A DNA stretch of 64,000 nt from Dehalococcoidia bacterium (GCA_965232825.1 OZ247429.1:1568585-1632584), one strand, 5' to 3'. Shown: positions 44,586 through 54,456, counted from the first letter of the stretch. Notes: generated from the letters alone by a model not told the origin. Made by a program: numbers and translations.

Positions 44586-47500
44586 TTAGTCGTCGTCCAC
44601 GATGGTCATGGTTCCCACGGACGTGGGCGTGAACCACTCTCCGGGGAGGAACGCCTCCACCGCGAAGTACTCGTCCGGTTCGTCCTTGCTGTCATCATAC
44701 AGCCAGACCTCTCCCGTCAGCGCGGTTACGCCCGGCTCGAACACCATCACCCCGTACATGGCCTGGTATTCGGATGAATTCGCCCGGTCGTCCAGCAGGT
44801 GGTAGGCGGTCCCGGCGTACCAGCTCACCTCGAATTCCTCAGTCAAGGCATGGGAGAGGAGTATCCGGAACTCCACAATGTCGCCCTCCGCGCCCGAGGC
44901 ATCCTCCACTGTGACGCTTAGCTCGGCCTTCTGGTCGTCATCGTCCGATACGCTAACCGTGGCTGCGCCTTGAGCCGCCGACACGGTGTAGCCGGCGTCG
45001 GAGGCCGGAGTGTCCAGCGTAGCTGTAACCGATCCGTCGGCTTCGTCCGCACCGTCGTTGGTCGTGCCCACCGTTAACGTGACGCTACCTGTGGTCGGTA
45101 TGGTCACGGTTTGCTTGCCCGTGGTAGCTCCGTAGTCGCCGCTCTGCGACACCGTCACGCTCACGTCGAGGTTGGCCGCGGGGACCGGACTGGCGGTGAT
45201 GGTAAATGTTGCGTCGCCGCCCTCGGTCACGCCGTCGCCGGCCGTGATCGAGACCTCCGGAACGTCGTCGTCCGAGACCGAGACCGTGGCCGCGCTCTGG
45301 GATGAGGACACCGTGTAGCCGGTGTCGGAGGCCGGAGTGTCCAGCGTAGCTGTAACCGATCCGTCGGCTTCTTCCGCACCGTCGTTGGTCGTGCCCACCG
45401 TTAACGTGATGCTACCTGTGGTCGGTATGGTCACGGTTTGCTTGCCCGTGGTAGCTCCGTAGTCGCCGCTCTGCGACACCGTCACGCTCACGTCGAGGTT
45501 GGCCGCGGGGACCGGACTGGCGGTGATGGTAAATGTTGCGTCGCTGCCCTCGGTCACGCCGTCGCCGGCCGTGATCGAGACCTCCGGAACGTCGTCGTCC
45601 GAGACCGAGACCGTGGCCGCGCCCTGAGATGAGGACACCGTGTAGCCGGCGTCGGAGGCCGGTGTGTCCAACGTCGCCGTTACCGACCCGTCAGCTTCGT
45701 CCGTACCGTCGTTAGTAGTGCCTACCGTCAGGGTGAAACTACCCGTCGTCGGTATGGTCACGGTTTGCTTGCCCGTGGTAGCTCCGTAGTTACCGCTCTG
45801 CGACACCGTCACGCTCACGTCCAGGTCGGCCGCCGGGGACGGGCTGGCCGTGATGGTGAACGTTGCATCTCCACCCTCGGTCACGCCGTTGCCAGCGGTG
45901 ATGCTCACCTCCGGCGTGGTCGGCGGTGCATCGTCATCGTCCGCGACGCTGACCGTGGCCGCGCCCTGGGATGAGGACACCGTGTAGCCGGCGTCGGAGG
46001 CCGGTGTGTCCAACGTCGCCGTTACCGACCCGTCAGCTTCGTCCGCACCGTCGTTGGTCGTGCCCACCGTTAACGTGATGCTACCTGTCGTCGGTATGGT
46101 CACGGTTTGCTTGCCCGTGGTAGCTCCGTAGTCGCCGCTCTGCGACACCGTCACGCTCACGTCCAGGTCGGCCGCCGGGGACGGGCTGGCCGTGATGGTG
46201 AAGGTGGCGTCGCCGCCCTCGGTGACGCCGCTGCCGGCGGTAATGCTCACCTCCGGCGTGGTCGGCGGTGCATCGTCATCGTCCGAGACGCTGACCGTGG
46301 CCGCGCCCTGGGATGAGGACACCGTGTAGCCAGCGTCGGAGGCCGGAGTGTCCAGCGTAGCTGTAACCGACCCGTCGGTCTCGTCCGCATCGTCGTTGGT
46401 GGTGCCTACCGTCAGGGTGAAACTGCCCGTCGTCGGGATCGTCACCGTTTGTTTGCCCGTGGTAGCTCCGTAGTCGCCGCTCTGCGACACCGTCACGCTC
46501 ACGTCGAGGTTGGCCGCGGGGGCCGGACTGGCGGTGATGGTGAACGTTGCGTCGCCGCCCTCGGTCACGCCGTTGCCAGCGGTGATGCTCACCTCCGGCG
46601 TGGTGGTTGGCGGCGTGACGATGACCTTGGAATCTTTCGAATCTCCATCCGCAAGGGTGGACACCTTGATGGAGTAGGTGCCGGTCACTTCGCTGCTGCG
46701 GAATGCAACTACGAAGACCTGGTACCCCGTCTCCGGCTCAAGGTCGGTGATCTGATGCTCGGTCTCTGACGTGAAAGCGTATCGCAGCCTCGGGATGCCC
46801 GAGGTCGGGTACCATCCGACCTGATATTGGGTATTGCCTCCTTGCGATGCCCAGATGATCGTGGCGGTGCTGTCCGTCACCTGTTTGACACCGATCGTCT
46901 CGACCTCTGTCGGCGGTGCATCGTCATCGTCCGCAACGCTGACCGTGGCCGCGCCCTGGGACGAGGACACCGTGTAGCCGGCGTCGGCGGCCGGAGTGTC
47001 CAACGTCGCCGTTACCGACCCGTCAGCTTCGTCCGTACCGTCGTTAGTAGTGCCTACCGTCAGGGTGAAACTACCCGTCGTCGGCATGGTCACGGTCTGC
47101 TTGCCCGTGGTAGCTCCGTAGTCGCCGCTCTGCGACACCGTCACGCTCACGTCGAGGTTGGCCGCGGGGGCCGGACTGGCGGTGATGGTGAACGTTGCGT
47201 CGCCGCCCTCGGTCACGCCGTTGCCAGCGGTGATGCTCACCTCTGGCGTGGTCGTTGGCGGCGTATCGTCATCGTCAGCGATGCTGACCGTGGCCGCGCC
47301 CTGGGATGAGGACACCGTGTAGCCGGCGTCGGCGGCCGGTGTGTCCAGCGTCGCCGTTACCGATCCGTCGGCTTCGTCCGTACCGTCGTTGATGGTGCCT
47401 ACCGTCAGGGTGGCGCTACCCGTCGTCGGGATCGTCACGGTCTGTTTGCCCGTGGCCGCGCCGTAGTCGCCGCTCTGCGACACCGTGACGCTCACGTCAA

Positions 47501-50500
47501 GGTCGGCCGCCGGGGACGGGCTGGCCGTGATGGTGAAGGTGGCGTCGCCGCCCTCGGTGACGCCGCTGCCGGCGGTAATGCTCACCTCCGGCGTGGTCGG
47601 CGGTGCATCGTCATCGTCCGCGACGCTGACCGTGGCCGCGCCCTGGGATGAGGACACCGTGTAGCCAGCGTCGGAGGCCGGAGTGTCCAGCGTAGCCGTT
47701 ACCGACCCGTCAGCTTCATCCGTACCGTCGTTGGTGGTGCCAATGGTCAGAGTGGCACTGCCCGAGGTCGGGATCGTCACCGTTTGTTTGCCCGTGGTAG
47801 CTCCGTAGTCGCCGCTCTGCGACACCGTCACGCTCACGTCGAGGTTGGCCGCGGGGGCCGGACTGGCGGTGATGGTGAAGGTGGCGTCGCCGCCCTCGGT
47901 GACGCCGCTGCCAGCCGAGATGCTGACCTCCGGTGTCTGCACTGGCGTGTCGTCGTCATCTGCGACGCTGACTGTGGCTGTGCCCTGAGACGCTGACACC
48001 GTGTAGCCAGCGTCGGCGGCCGGTGTGTCCAACGTCGCCGTTACCGACCCGTCGGTCTCGTCTGCATCGTCGTTGGTGGTGCCAATGGTCAGAGTGGCGC
48101 TGCCCGATGTGGGGATGGTCACCGTTTGTTTGCCCGTGGTCGCGCCGTAGTCGCCGCTGGCCGAGACCGTCACGCCGACGTCCAGGTTGGCCGACGGGGC
48201 TGGGCTGGCAGTGACCGTGAACGTTGCGTCGCCACCTTCTGTTACGCCGCTACCGGCCGTAACGCTCACCACCGGTTCCGACGGGCTGTCATCGTCCGTG
48301 ATCTTGACCCTGGCCACGTTCTGGGTCGGCGACAGCGTGTAGCCGCTGGCCCTGTTTATGAAGACTGTCACCATGCCATCGGCCTCGTCCTCTTCGTCGT
48401 TGGTGGTGCCCATCGTTAGGGTGGCGCTGCCAGTAGTCGGGATGGTCACCGTCCGTATGCCCGTGCCGATACCGTAGTGGCCGCTGGCGGCGACCGTCAC
48501 ACTCACGTCGAGGTTTGTCGTCGGAGCGGGGTCCGCGGTGAGCGTGAAGCTAGCGTCGCCGCCCTCGGTGATGTCGTCTCCGGCGCTGATCGAGACCACC
48601 AGAATGTCGTCGTCGGAGACGGTCACCGTCGCAGCGCTCTGAGTCGCCGACACCGTGTAGCCGGCATCGACGGCCGGAGCGTCGAGCGTCGCCGTGACCG
48701 ACCCGTTGGCTTCGTCGTCGTCATCGTTAATCGTGGACACCGTGAGCGTGACGCTGCCCGTGGTCGGGATGGTCACCGTCCGCTTACCAGTAGTTGCGGC
48801 GTAGTCGCCGTTGGACGAGACCGTCACACTCACGTCGACAGCTGCCGACGGGGCCGGGCTGGCAGTAACGGTGAAGGTCGCGTCTCCGCCCTCGGTGACG
48901 CCGTCCCCGGCGGTGACGCTTACCTTTGGCCTGTCTGGAGTCGGCGGTTCGTCGTCGTCCGCGACGCTGACCGTGGCCGCACTCTGAGACGACGATACCG
49001 TGTAGCCGCTGCCGGTGTCCAAGGTGGCGGTCACCGACCCGTCGTCCTCGGTCACGTCGTCGTTGACGGTGTCCACCTTCAGGGTGCCCTTGCCGCCAAT
49101 ATCAATGGTCACCTGCACCTGGCGAGGTGTGGCGTCAATCGTCACCGTTCTGGTGCTGCCTGCGCTCGGGATCGTCACTGTTCGTTTACCCGTGGTCGCG
49201 CCGTATTCGCCGGTGGTCGAGACCGTCACACTCACGTCGAAGTCGGTCGGCGGGGCCGGGTCTGCTGTGATGATGAAGCCGGCAGCGCCGCCCTCGGTAA
49301 TACTGCCGCGAACTGCCGTGATGCTCACCTCAGGACCCGGTTCATCGTTATCCACGACGATGACCGTGGCCGCGTCCTGGTTCTTTGGCACCTTATAGGC
49401 GGCGTCGGCGGAGGGAGTATCCAGCGTCGCCGTGACCGACCCGTTGGGCTCGTCGGCCTCGTCGTTGGTTGTGCTCACCGTCATGCCGACGCTGCCCGAG
49501 GGCGGGATCGTCACCGTCCGCTGGCCTGTGGTTGCGCCGTAATCGCCGCTGGCCGACACCGTGACGCTCACGTCCAGGTTGGTCGTCGGAGCCGGGTTGG
49601 CGGTAATCGTGAACCGAGCCCAGTTGCCCTCGGTTGCCTGGCCCGTGCCAACGATGCTGACGATCGGTTTGGGCGGGAGCACTGTGACGGCCACCGCGCG
49701 CCCAACCTTCGATCCGTCATTGGCGGCTTGCGCCTCAACGAGCACGCGGTAGACATTGTCCTCGTCGGCATCTTTCGGATCTTCGAAATCGGGCGAGGAA
49801 GCGAAGCTCAGTACGCCGGCGGCGTTGATTGAGAATATCTCGGCGTCCTGTCCAGATAGCGTCCAGGACACAGGGGTAGTCAGGTGATGCGACGTGAAGG
49901 TAGCCACCGAATCCGTCCGGCCAGTGGAGTACGAGACTGCGTCGGGACCACTCACTCGCGGTGTGGAGGGTCCGAAGACCTGAAGGATGTGGTCCTTGCC
50001 GGGCCCGTTCGATGTCGTGATGTAGAGCACGCCGTCCGGCCCCATGACCGGAGAGCGCAGGCGCCCGTAGTGTTGATAGAGTTCCGGCACCAGAGTTTCG
50101 CTGAGAAGGGTTCCGTTGCTGGCGAACTCAAAGACTTTCAAATATTGCACCTTCAGCAGCGCGACGGCCAGTCGTCCGTTCCACGCGCCCCAGCCCGCGC
50201 CCTCGAGGAACACCGCGCCGCTCGGCGCGATCGCTGGGAACCAGGACTGCCACTTGGCCTCGATCGCCTCTGGGAAGGCTTGCAGGTCCGTCATCGGAAC
50301 GTCCTCGTGGTATGGCGGCGTCGGGTCCCAGCCATAGTTGCCGCCGCTGGTGAGGAGGTTGATTTCGTCGTCGCGATCGGGACCGTGCTCCACCGTCCAT
50401 ACTTGGTTCGTTCCTGGACGGAACGCGAGTCCCTGCGGGTTCCGATGTCCATAGGTGTAGATCCGACTGTCGGACGGGGTGGTGAATGGGTTGTCGGGCG

Positions 50501-51740
50501 CGCCTGCTCCCGTCTGGGCATCAACGCGCAGCACTTTCCCGGCGAGGGAAGTGAGGTCCTGAGGCCCGCTAGCGACGTACCCGTCTCCCGTCGTAATCCA
50601 CAGGTAGCCGTCCGAGCCGAAACGGATTCGGCAACCGCCGTGCCGCAGGTGCCAAGTCAGGGGAATACCGGCGACCAACGGCTCGTCTAGGCGGAGAGCC
50701 TCGCTGTAGTCGCTCTTCATGTCCCACTTGATGACTTGCACCTCCGGCCCGGAATCTCCAGTAACGGCCATGCAGGTGTAGAAGCGCCCGAAGACCGGGC
50801 CAACACCGTCCTCGGTGCTACTGACGCTGAAGGAAGGATCGACGGCGATACCCATCATCCCGACTTCGCGACTGGTGACAATGTCGGTAACGTCCGCCTC
50901 GACCTGCTGCATCTGCCCGTCGGGACGTCGGCTGTAGATCTTGCCCGACCGCTCAGTGAACAGCATCGTGCCGTCTGGAGTGAATGCGATGTCCCAGGGA
51001 ATGCTCAGGCCGGAGACGAGTGGGCGCACGGTCAATTCAGGCAGGGCGGTCGCGGCGGTGATCTGTGTGGTAGAAGTCCACTCCGCCGACTTGTCCAAAT
51101 TCCATGCGTTACCTGTGCTGCGTCGGTCGTGGTAACGGACATTGACTCTGAGGTACTTGCCCACGTGCGTGCTGTCTGGCGTGAAAGTCGCAACCTCGGA
51201 AGCCTCTCTTGTGTAATGACCGGGAACCCCCGTTTTGACACGGGTGAAACGAGTCCCGTCGGTCGAGACGCTCCAGTACCAGATGATCCCGGTGTCTGGA
51301 CGCATCCCGCCATCGGGATCAGTGAGCCGCGCCCGGATCATGGTACCGGCGCGAAGCGTCGTTGGGGCTACGGAGAGGACTCCCGCCTCTTCGATGTCTA
51401 ACACGGAGATCGTAACCGGAATGCTGGCTGTGCCATTGTCATGATTGATATCGACATTGACCGCATAACTATTGCGTACTTCATAGTCCAGCGATACAGC
51501 GGTGCTCAGTTGACCGCTGGCGCTGTCGATGCTGAAGCTGCCAGCGTCCGTGCCTGACAGGGCATGCGTAAGATTGCCGACGAGGTCGGAATTGGTCACC
51601 GGATCGCCAACGGCCGTACCTACTGGCTGATTCTCCAGGACTTGAAGGGTCGCGCTCGACGCATGAACCGTACCAGATATGGGCAACAGCAATAGACCCA
51701 AGAGCATCAGGCCAACAAGAGCCAGCCTGCCGTCAAACAT
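44586..51740 (-). CDS. Giant exported multidomain protein: cadherin-like + PQQ-type (glucose/sorbosone) sugar dehydrogenase beta-propeller + 14 Calx-beta-like repeats with an embedded FN3 domain
   Basis: The track ORF 44586..52016 has a TTG start. I place the start at ATG 51740 (MFDGRLALVGLMLLGLLLLPISGTVHA|SS, a classic signal peptide). The cadherin-like block is LQVLENQPVGTAVG...LDYEVRNSYAVNV. The propeller blocks are GLSIPWDIAFTPDGTMLFTER, RHGGCRIRFGSDGYLWITTGD, LAGKVLRV, YTYGHRNPQGLAF and EHGPDRDDEINLLTSGGNYGWP-like. There are 13 units of PEVSITAGSGVTEGGDATFTITASP...TNDGTDEADGSVTATLD...ATVSVADDD plus a divergent terminal Calx-beta. The FN3 block is VTDSTATIIWAS...YQVFVVAF. No C-terminal anchor motif. 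Confidence 0.9.
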   Translation of the reverse strand: MFDGRLALVGLMLLGLLLLPISGTVHASSATLQVLENQPVGTAVGDPVTNSDLVGNLTHALSGTDAGSFSIDSASGQLSTAVSLDYEVRNSYAVNVDINHDNGTASIPVTISVLDIEEAGVLSVAPTTLRAGTMIRARLTDPDGGMRPDTGIIWYWSVSTDGTRFTRVKTGVPGHYTREASEVATFTPDSTHVGKYLRVNVRYHDRRSTGNAWNLDKSAEWTSTTQITAATALPELTVRPLVSGLSIPWDIAFTPDGTMLFTERSGKIYSRRPDGQMQQVEADVTDIVTSREVGMMGIAVDPSFSVSSTEDGVGPVFGRFYTCMAVTGDSGPEVQVIKWDMKSDYSEALRLDEPLVAGIPLTWHLRHGGCRIRFGSDGYLWITTGDGYVASGPQDLTSLAGKVLRVDAQTGAGAPDNPFTTPSDSRIYTYGHRNPQGLAFRPGTNQVWTVEHGPDRDDEINLLTSGGNYGWDPTPPYHEDVPMTDLQAFPEAIEAKWQSWFPAIAPSGAVFLEGAGWGAWNGRLAVALLKVQYLKVFEFASNGTLLSETLVPELYQHYGRLRSPVMGPDGVLYITTSNGPGKDHILQVFGPSTPRVSGPDAVSYSTGRTDSVATFTSHHLTTPVSWTLSGQDAEIFSINAAGVLSFASSPDFEDPKDADEDNVYRVLVEAQAANDGSKVGRAVAVTVLPPKPIVSIVGTGQATEGNWARFTITANPAPTTNLDVSVTVSASGDYGATTGQRTVTIPPSGSVGMTVSTTNDEADEPNGSVTATLDTPSADAAYKVPKNQDAATVIVVDNDEPGPEVSITAVRGSITEGGAAGFIITADPAPPTDFDVSVTVSTTGEYGATTGKRTVTIPSAGSTRTVTIDATPRQVQVTIDIGGKGTLKVDTVNDDVTEDDGSVTATLDTGSGYTVSSSQSAATVSVADDDEPPTPDRPKVSVTAGDGVTEGGDATFTVTASPAPSAAVDVSVTVSSNGDYAATTGKRTVTIPTTGSVTLTVSTINDDDDEANGSVTATLDAPAVDAGYTVSATQSAATVTVSDDDILVVSISAGDDITEGGDASFTLTADPAPTTNLDVSVTVAASGHYGIGTGIRTVTIPTTGSATLTMGTTNDEEDEADGMVTVFINRASGYTLSPTQNVARVKITDDDSPSEPVVSVTAGSGVTEGGDATFTVTASPAPSANLDVGVTVSASGDYGATTGKQTVTIPTSGSATLTIGTTNDDADETDGSVTATLDTPAADAGYTVSASQGTATVSVADDDDTPVQTPEVSISAGSGVTEGGDATFTITASPAPAANLDVSVTVSQSGDYGATTGKQTVTIPTSGSATLTIGTTNDGTDEADGSVTATLDTPASDAGYTVSSSQGAATVSVADDDDAPPTTPEVSITAGSGVTEGGDATFTITASPSPAADLDVSVTVSQSGDYGAATGKQTVTIPTTGSATLTVGTINDGTDEADGSVTATLDTPAADAGYTVSSSQGAATVSIADDDDTPPTTTPEVSITAGNGVTEGGDATFTITASPAPAANLDVSVTVSQSGDYGATTGKQTVTMPTTGSFTLTVGTTNDGTDEADGSVTATLDTPAADAGYTVSSSQGAATVSVADDDDAPPTEVETIGVKQVTDSTATIIWASQGGNTQYQVGWYPTSGIPRLRYAFTSETEHQITDLEPETGYQVFVVAFRSSEVTGTYSIKVSTLADGDSKDSKVIVTPPTTTPEVSITAGNGVTEGGDATFTITASPAPAANLDVSVTVSQSGDYGATTGKQTVTIPTTGSFTLTVGTTNDDADETDGSVTATLDTPASDAGYTVSSSQGAATVSVSDDDDAPPTTPEVSITAGSGVTEGGDATFTITASPSPAADLDVSVTVSQSGDYGATTGKQTVTIPTTGSITLTVGTTNDGADEADGSVTATLDTPASDAGYTVSSSQGAATVSVADDDDAPPTTPEVSITAGNGVTEGGDATFTITASPSPAADLDVSVTVSQSGNYGATTGKQTVTIPTTGSFTLTVGTTNDGTDEADGSVTATLDTPASDAGYTVSSSQGAATVSVSDDDVPEVSITAGDGVTEGSDATFTITASPVPAANLDVSVTVSQSGDYGATTGKQTVTIPTTGSITLTVGTTNDGAEEADGSVTATLDTPASDTGYTVSSSQSAATVSVSDDDVPEVSITAGDGVTEGGDATFTITASPVPAANLDVSVTVSQSGDYGATTGKQTVTIPTTGSVTLTVGTTNDGADEADGSVTATLDTPASDAGYTVSAAQGAATVSVSDDDDQKAELSVTVEDASGAEGDIVEFRILLSHALTEEFEVSWYAGTAYHLLDDRANSSEYQAMYGVMVFEPGVTALTGEVWLYDDSKDEPDEYFAVEAFLPGEWFTPTSVGTMTIVDDD
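44940..48282. repeat. High-identity tandem coding repeats (periods 327 and 342 bp) inside the giant gene
   Basis: Antisense track ORFs recur at 45111, 45438, 45765, 46107, 46449 ... 47784, 48126 with nearly identical sequences. Adjacent units 45001-45060 and 45328-45387 differ at 1 of 60 nt by eye. The array is interrupted by the FN3-coding segment (~46600-46915). Confidence 0.9.
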
Positions 51741-51901
51741 CCGTAGCCATGTCAGTTGTCGATTCGAGAAATCGAAACTACGACTTGCGCGATCGTTCAG
51801 GGTCATCAGCGTCCGATGCAGAGCATATGGGGCGTCATTCATTGAGAAAATTGGCATCGATATGTCACCCAATATCTTGGGATGTTCGCTGCGCAACCTT
51901 T

Positions 51902-51932
51902 CAATATATAGCAAAAATATGCACAAGATCAA
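51902..51932 (-). promoter_or_regulatory. Candidate promoter of the giant gene (TTGATC-N16-18-TATATA/TATATT) in AT-rich leader
   Basis: The minus strand reads ttgatc ttgtgcatatttttgc tatatattg. It lies ~160 nt upstream of ATG 51740. Confidence 0.3.
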
Positions 51933-52100
51933 TGAAACTCGATTACTGGGACTGTCCCCAGACTTGGCTGTACGTATCTTTTCTTCGTAGAGTCGGCTCG
52001 ATTTCCATTGGGGCAACGCGATGTACTCATCGTGTGGTCAGCATGGTGAGTACATCGATCAGTTCTGTCCTGCAAGAACCATGACCGCCTTTCCCTAGCC

Positions 52101-52248
52101 CTAGTCGGCGTCCACTATCGTCATAGCTCCCACGGCGTCGGCTAGATACGACCCTCAGGGCAAGTACGCCTCCACCGCGAAATACTCGTCCGGCTCGTCA
52201 TTGCCGTCATCCTCCAGTCACACCTCTTCCGTCAGCGGCGGTCACCAC
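52101..52248 (-). pseudogene. Decayed 3'-terminal fragment of a paralogous Calx-beta protein gene
   Basis: It aligns base-for-base with the 3' end of the giant gene (44586-44733). Its translation is TEEV*LEDDGNDEPDEYFAVEAYLP*GSYLADAVGAMTIVDAD*, against TGEVWLYDDSKDEPDEYFAVEAFLPGEWFTPTSVGTMTIVDDD* in the giant gene. There are two in-frame stops. Confidence 0.7.
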
Positions 52249-52401
52249 CAGAGAGTACGCCGACCGCAAGGCTGGTCGGAGCAAGATGCGACTTAGGCTC
52301 GGATTCTGGTTCGTCGGTGCACGCCGAGAACGCGGGCACGGTCTCCGCGGCTAGCAACTCGCGGGGCCTTCCTAGGATTCCGCGTCTACCGAAACGGACT
52401 G

Positions 52402-52477
<76 letters not shown>

Positions 52478-52750
52478 ACCGTGAAGGGATGGGCATGGCG
52501 ACAAAACGTGAAGTTTAAGGTTGTCGCGACGCCGCGCAGCTTTTAATTCTAATGCTGTCAGCGCTCCATTTTCGGACTCCCCTTTATGGATCCCGCCATT
52601 TGGGTCATTGAGGATTCGCAGTTGAGGGATCGCCGCGTTTCAGAGAAGGCTTTGCAACTCAGGTCTGATCACGGGGCCGCAACCTCGGTGACGAACTTAC
52701 CGTTGACTATTACACTTGGTGTGCTTTGTGTTTCTTTGGGTTCCCGCGCC

Positions 52751-52774
52751 CGCGGGAATGACGGTGGCGTTCGC
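52751..52774. repeat. Family B hairpin copy, reverse orientation (ttcccgcgcccgcgggaatgacgg)
   Basis: Reverse complement of the cgtcattcccgcg..cgcgggaa core. It lies between tRNA-Ala and the glpK stop. Confidence 0.5.
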
Positions 52775-52842
52775 GCATTGGTGTACAAAGGATCTGTACT
52801 AAACAAGACGTGACCGAGCAGAAATTTGTTCCGTTGGCGAAA

Positions 52843-54456
52843 TCAACCTCGGAAATTGGTCTTCGTGCGGCGAAGCGCTTCGTTCCAGCCGGCCATGAGA
52901 CGTATGCGTTCGCTTTGGGACATGTCGGGCTCGTATCGATGGGCGCAGCGCCAGAGGTCGGCGAGTTCGCGCTCCGATCGCCATATACCGGCCGCGCGTC
53001 CGGCGAGGAACGCGGCGCCAAGCGCGGTGGTTTCATCGACGGCGGAGACTTCGATTGGACGATCCATAAGGTCAGCCTGGAACTGCATCAGGAATGGGTT
53101 CCGAGTCTGGCCGCCATCGACGCGTATGACGCGTTCCCGGCGATTACCACGCCGCGGCAATCGCAGCCGAGAATCCATGATGTCGACCACCTCCTTGACC
53201 TGGTAAGCGGTCGATTCGAGGGCGGCACGGATGATGTGATCTCTGGTGGTTCCACGGCTGATGCCGGTGATGGATGCTCGGGCATGCGGGTCCCAATGTG
53301 GAGAACCGAGCCCAGAAAATGCCGGCACTAGATAGACTCCAGCGTTGTCTCCGAGCATGACGGCGACATCAGAAGAATCAGCGGCATTGCTGAGGATGCC
53401 TAGGCCATCACGGAGCCATTGCGTGGTCGACCCGGTGTTGAATATCGAAGCCTCGAGAGCGTACGTCTTCGCGCCGCCGGTTTGCCATCCGAGTGTGAAA
53501 AGAAGGCCAGCGTTCGCCTCGTCGAGATCAGCCGTCGACATTTCACCGGAACCCGACGCACCGGTAAAGAGGTCAACGTTTGTTCCTGCGTTGGCGAGCA
53601 GAAACGCACCAGTCCCATAAGTGCACTTCATGTCGCCTCTGATGAAACACACTTGGCCGTAAAGCGCGGCGTGTTGGTCGCCAGCGACGCCAGTGACCGG
53701 GACTTCGCGACCGAAGATTGAAGCGTGGATGGTGGTGAAGGTGCCCGCCGACGGCATGGGAGTCGGCAACGCAGCTTCAGGTATGCCGAAGATGCGCAAC
53801 AAATCCGGGTCCCACGTCAGGTCGTGGATGTTTAGGAGCATCGTGCGCGATGCGTTGGTGACGTCGGTCAGGTGCGGGATGTCATCGCGCGGCGCGTCTG
53901 AAATTCGCCCCGATCGCTCACCGCGTGATAGCTGGTCGATTAGCCAAGCGTCGACGGTCCCGAATCGGACGTCGCCGTTTTCTGCGCGCCCCTGAAGGTT
54001 CGGGATCGGCAGATGGTCGAGCATCCAGCGCATCTTCGTGGCGGAGAAGTACGGATCGACGATAAGTCCGGTGCGCGACCAGATATCGTCGCCCAGCCCG
54101 GCATCGCTGATCTCGTTACAGATTGCAGCGGTGCGATGGTCCTGCCAGACGATGGCATTCGACAACGGCCTCCCCGTGGAACTCTCCCAGACAACTGTGG
54201 TTTCGCGTTGGTTGGCGATGCCCACGGCCGCGACATCGTCAACGGAAGCATTGGCCGTCTGCAACGCTTGCCGTGCGACACCGATGGCCGATTCTGCGAT
54301 CTCGACCGGGTCATGCTCCACCCACCCGGATCGCGGGAAGATCTGCGTCAGTTCTTTCTGCGCGGATCCGAGCGGTTGTGCCGTTTCGTCGAAAACAATG
54401 GCACGCGTCGACGTTGTGCCCTGATCGATGGTGAGGATTACGGATTTTGAGGGCAT
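52843..54456 (-). CDS. glpK: Glycerol kinase (FGGY family)
   Basis: 537 aa with N-terminus ILTIDQGTTSTRAIVFDE...IFPRSGWVEHDPVEI and GDQHAALYGQ. It is ~35 aa longer than typical GlpK because of an internal insertion. Confidence 0.9.
   Translation of the reverse strand: MPSKSVILTIDQGTTSTRAIVFDETAQPLGSAQKELTQIFPRSGWVEHDPVEIAESAIGVARQALQTANASVDDVAAVGIANQRETTVVWESSTGRPLSNAIVWQDHRTAAICNEISDAGLGDDIWSRTGLIVDPYFSATKMRWMLDHLPIPNLQGRAENGDVRFGTVDAWLIDQLSRGERSGRISDAPRDDIPHLTDVTNASRTMLLNIHDLTWDPDLLRIFGIPEAALPTPMPSAGTFTTIHASIFGREVPVTGVAGDQHAALYGQVCFIRGDMKCTYGTGAFLLANAGTNVDLFTGASGSGEMSTADLDEANAGLLFTLGWQTGGAKTYALEASIFNTGSTTQWLRDGLGILSNAADSSDVAVMLGDNAGVYLVPAFSGLGSPHWDPHARASITGISRGTTRDHIIRAALESTAYQVKEVVDIMDSRLRLPRRGNRRERVIRVDGGQTRNPFLMQFQADLMDRPIEVSAVDETTALGAAFLAGRAAGIWRSERELADLWRCAHRYEPDMSQSERIRLMAGWNEALRRTKTNFRG

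Noticed and set aside
48477-49832. 451-aa antisense ORF (and 49884..50690, 50736..51401, 46827..47309 and others) inside the giant gene
   Set aside because: These are Arg/Gly/His-rich low-complexity translations on the strand opposite a strongly supported coding frame. Long antisense open frames are expected in GC-rich repetitive coding DNA.
51741-52016. Track start (TTG at 52016) giving a 2,476-aa giant protein
   Set aside because: The first 92 codons are AT-rich, contain no ATG until codon 54, and precede an obvious signal peptide that begins at Met93 (ATG 51740). The upstream part is treated as leader/promoter.
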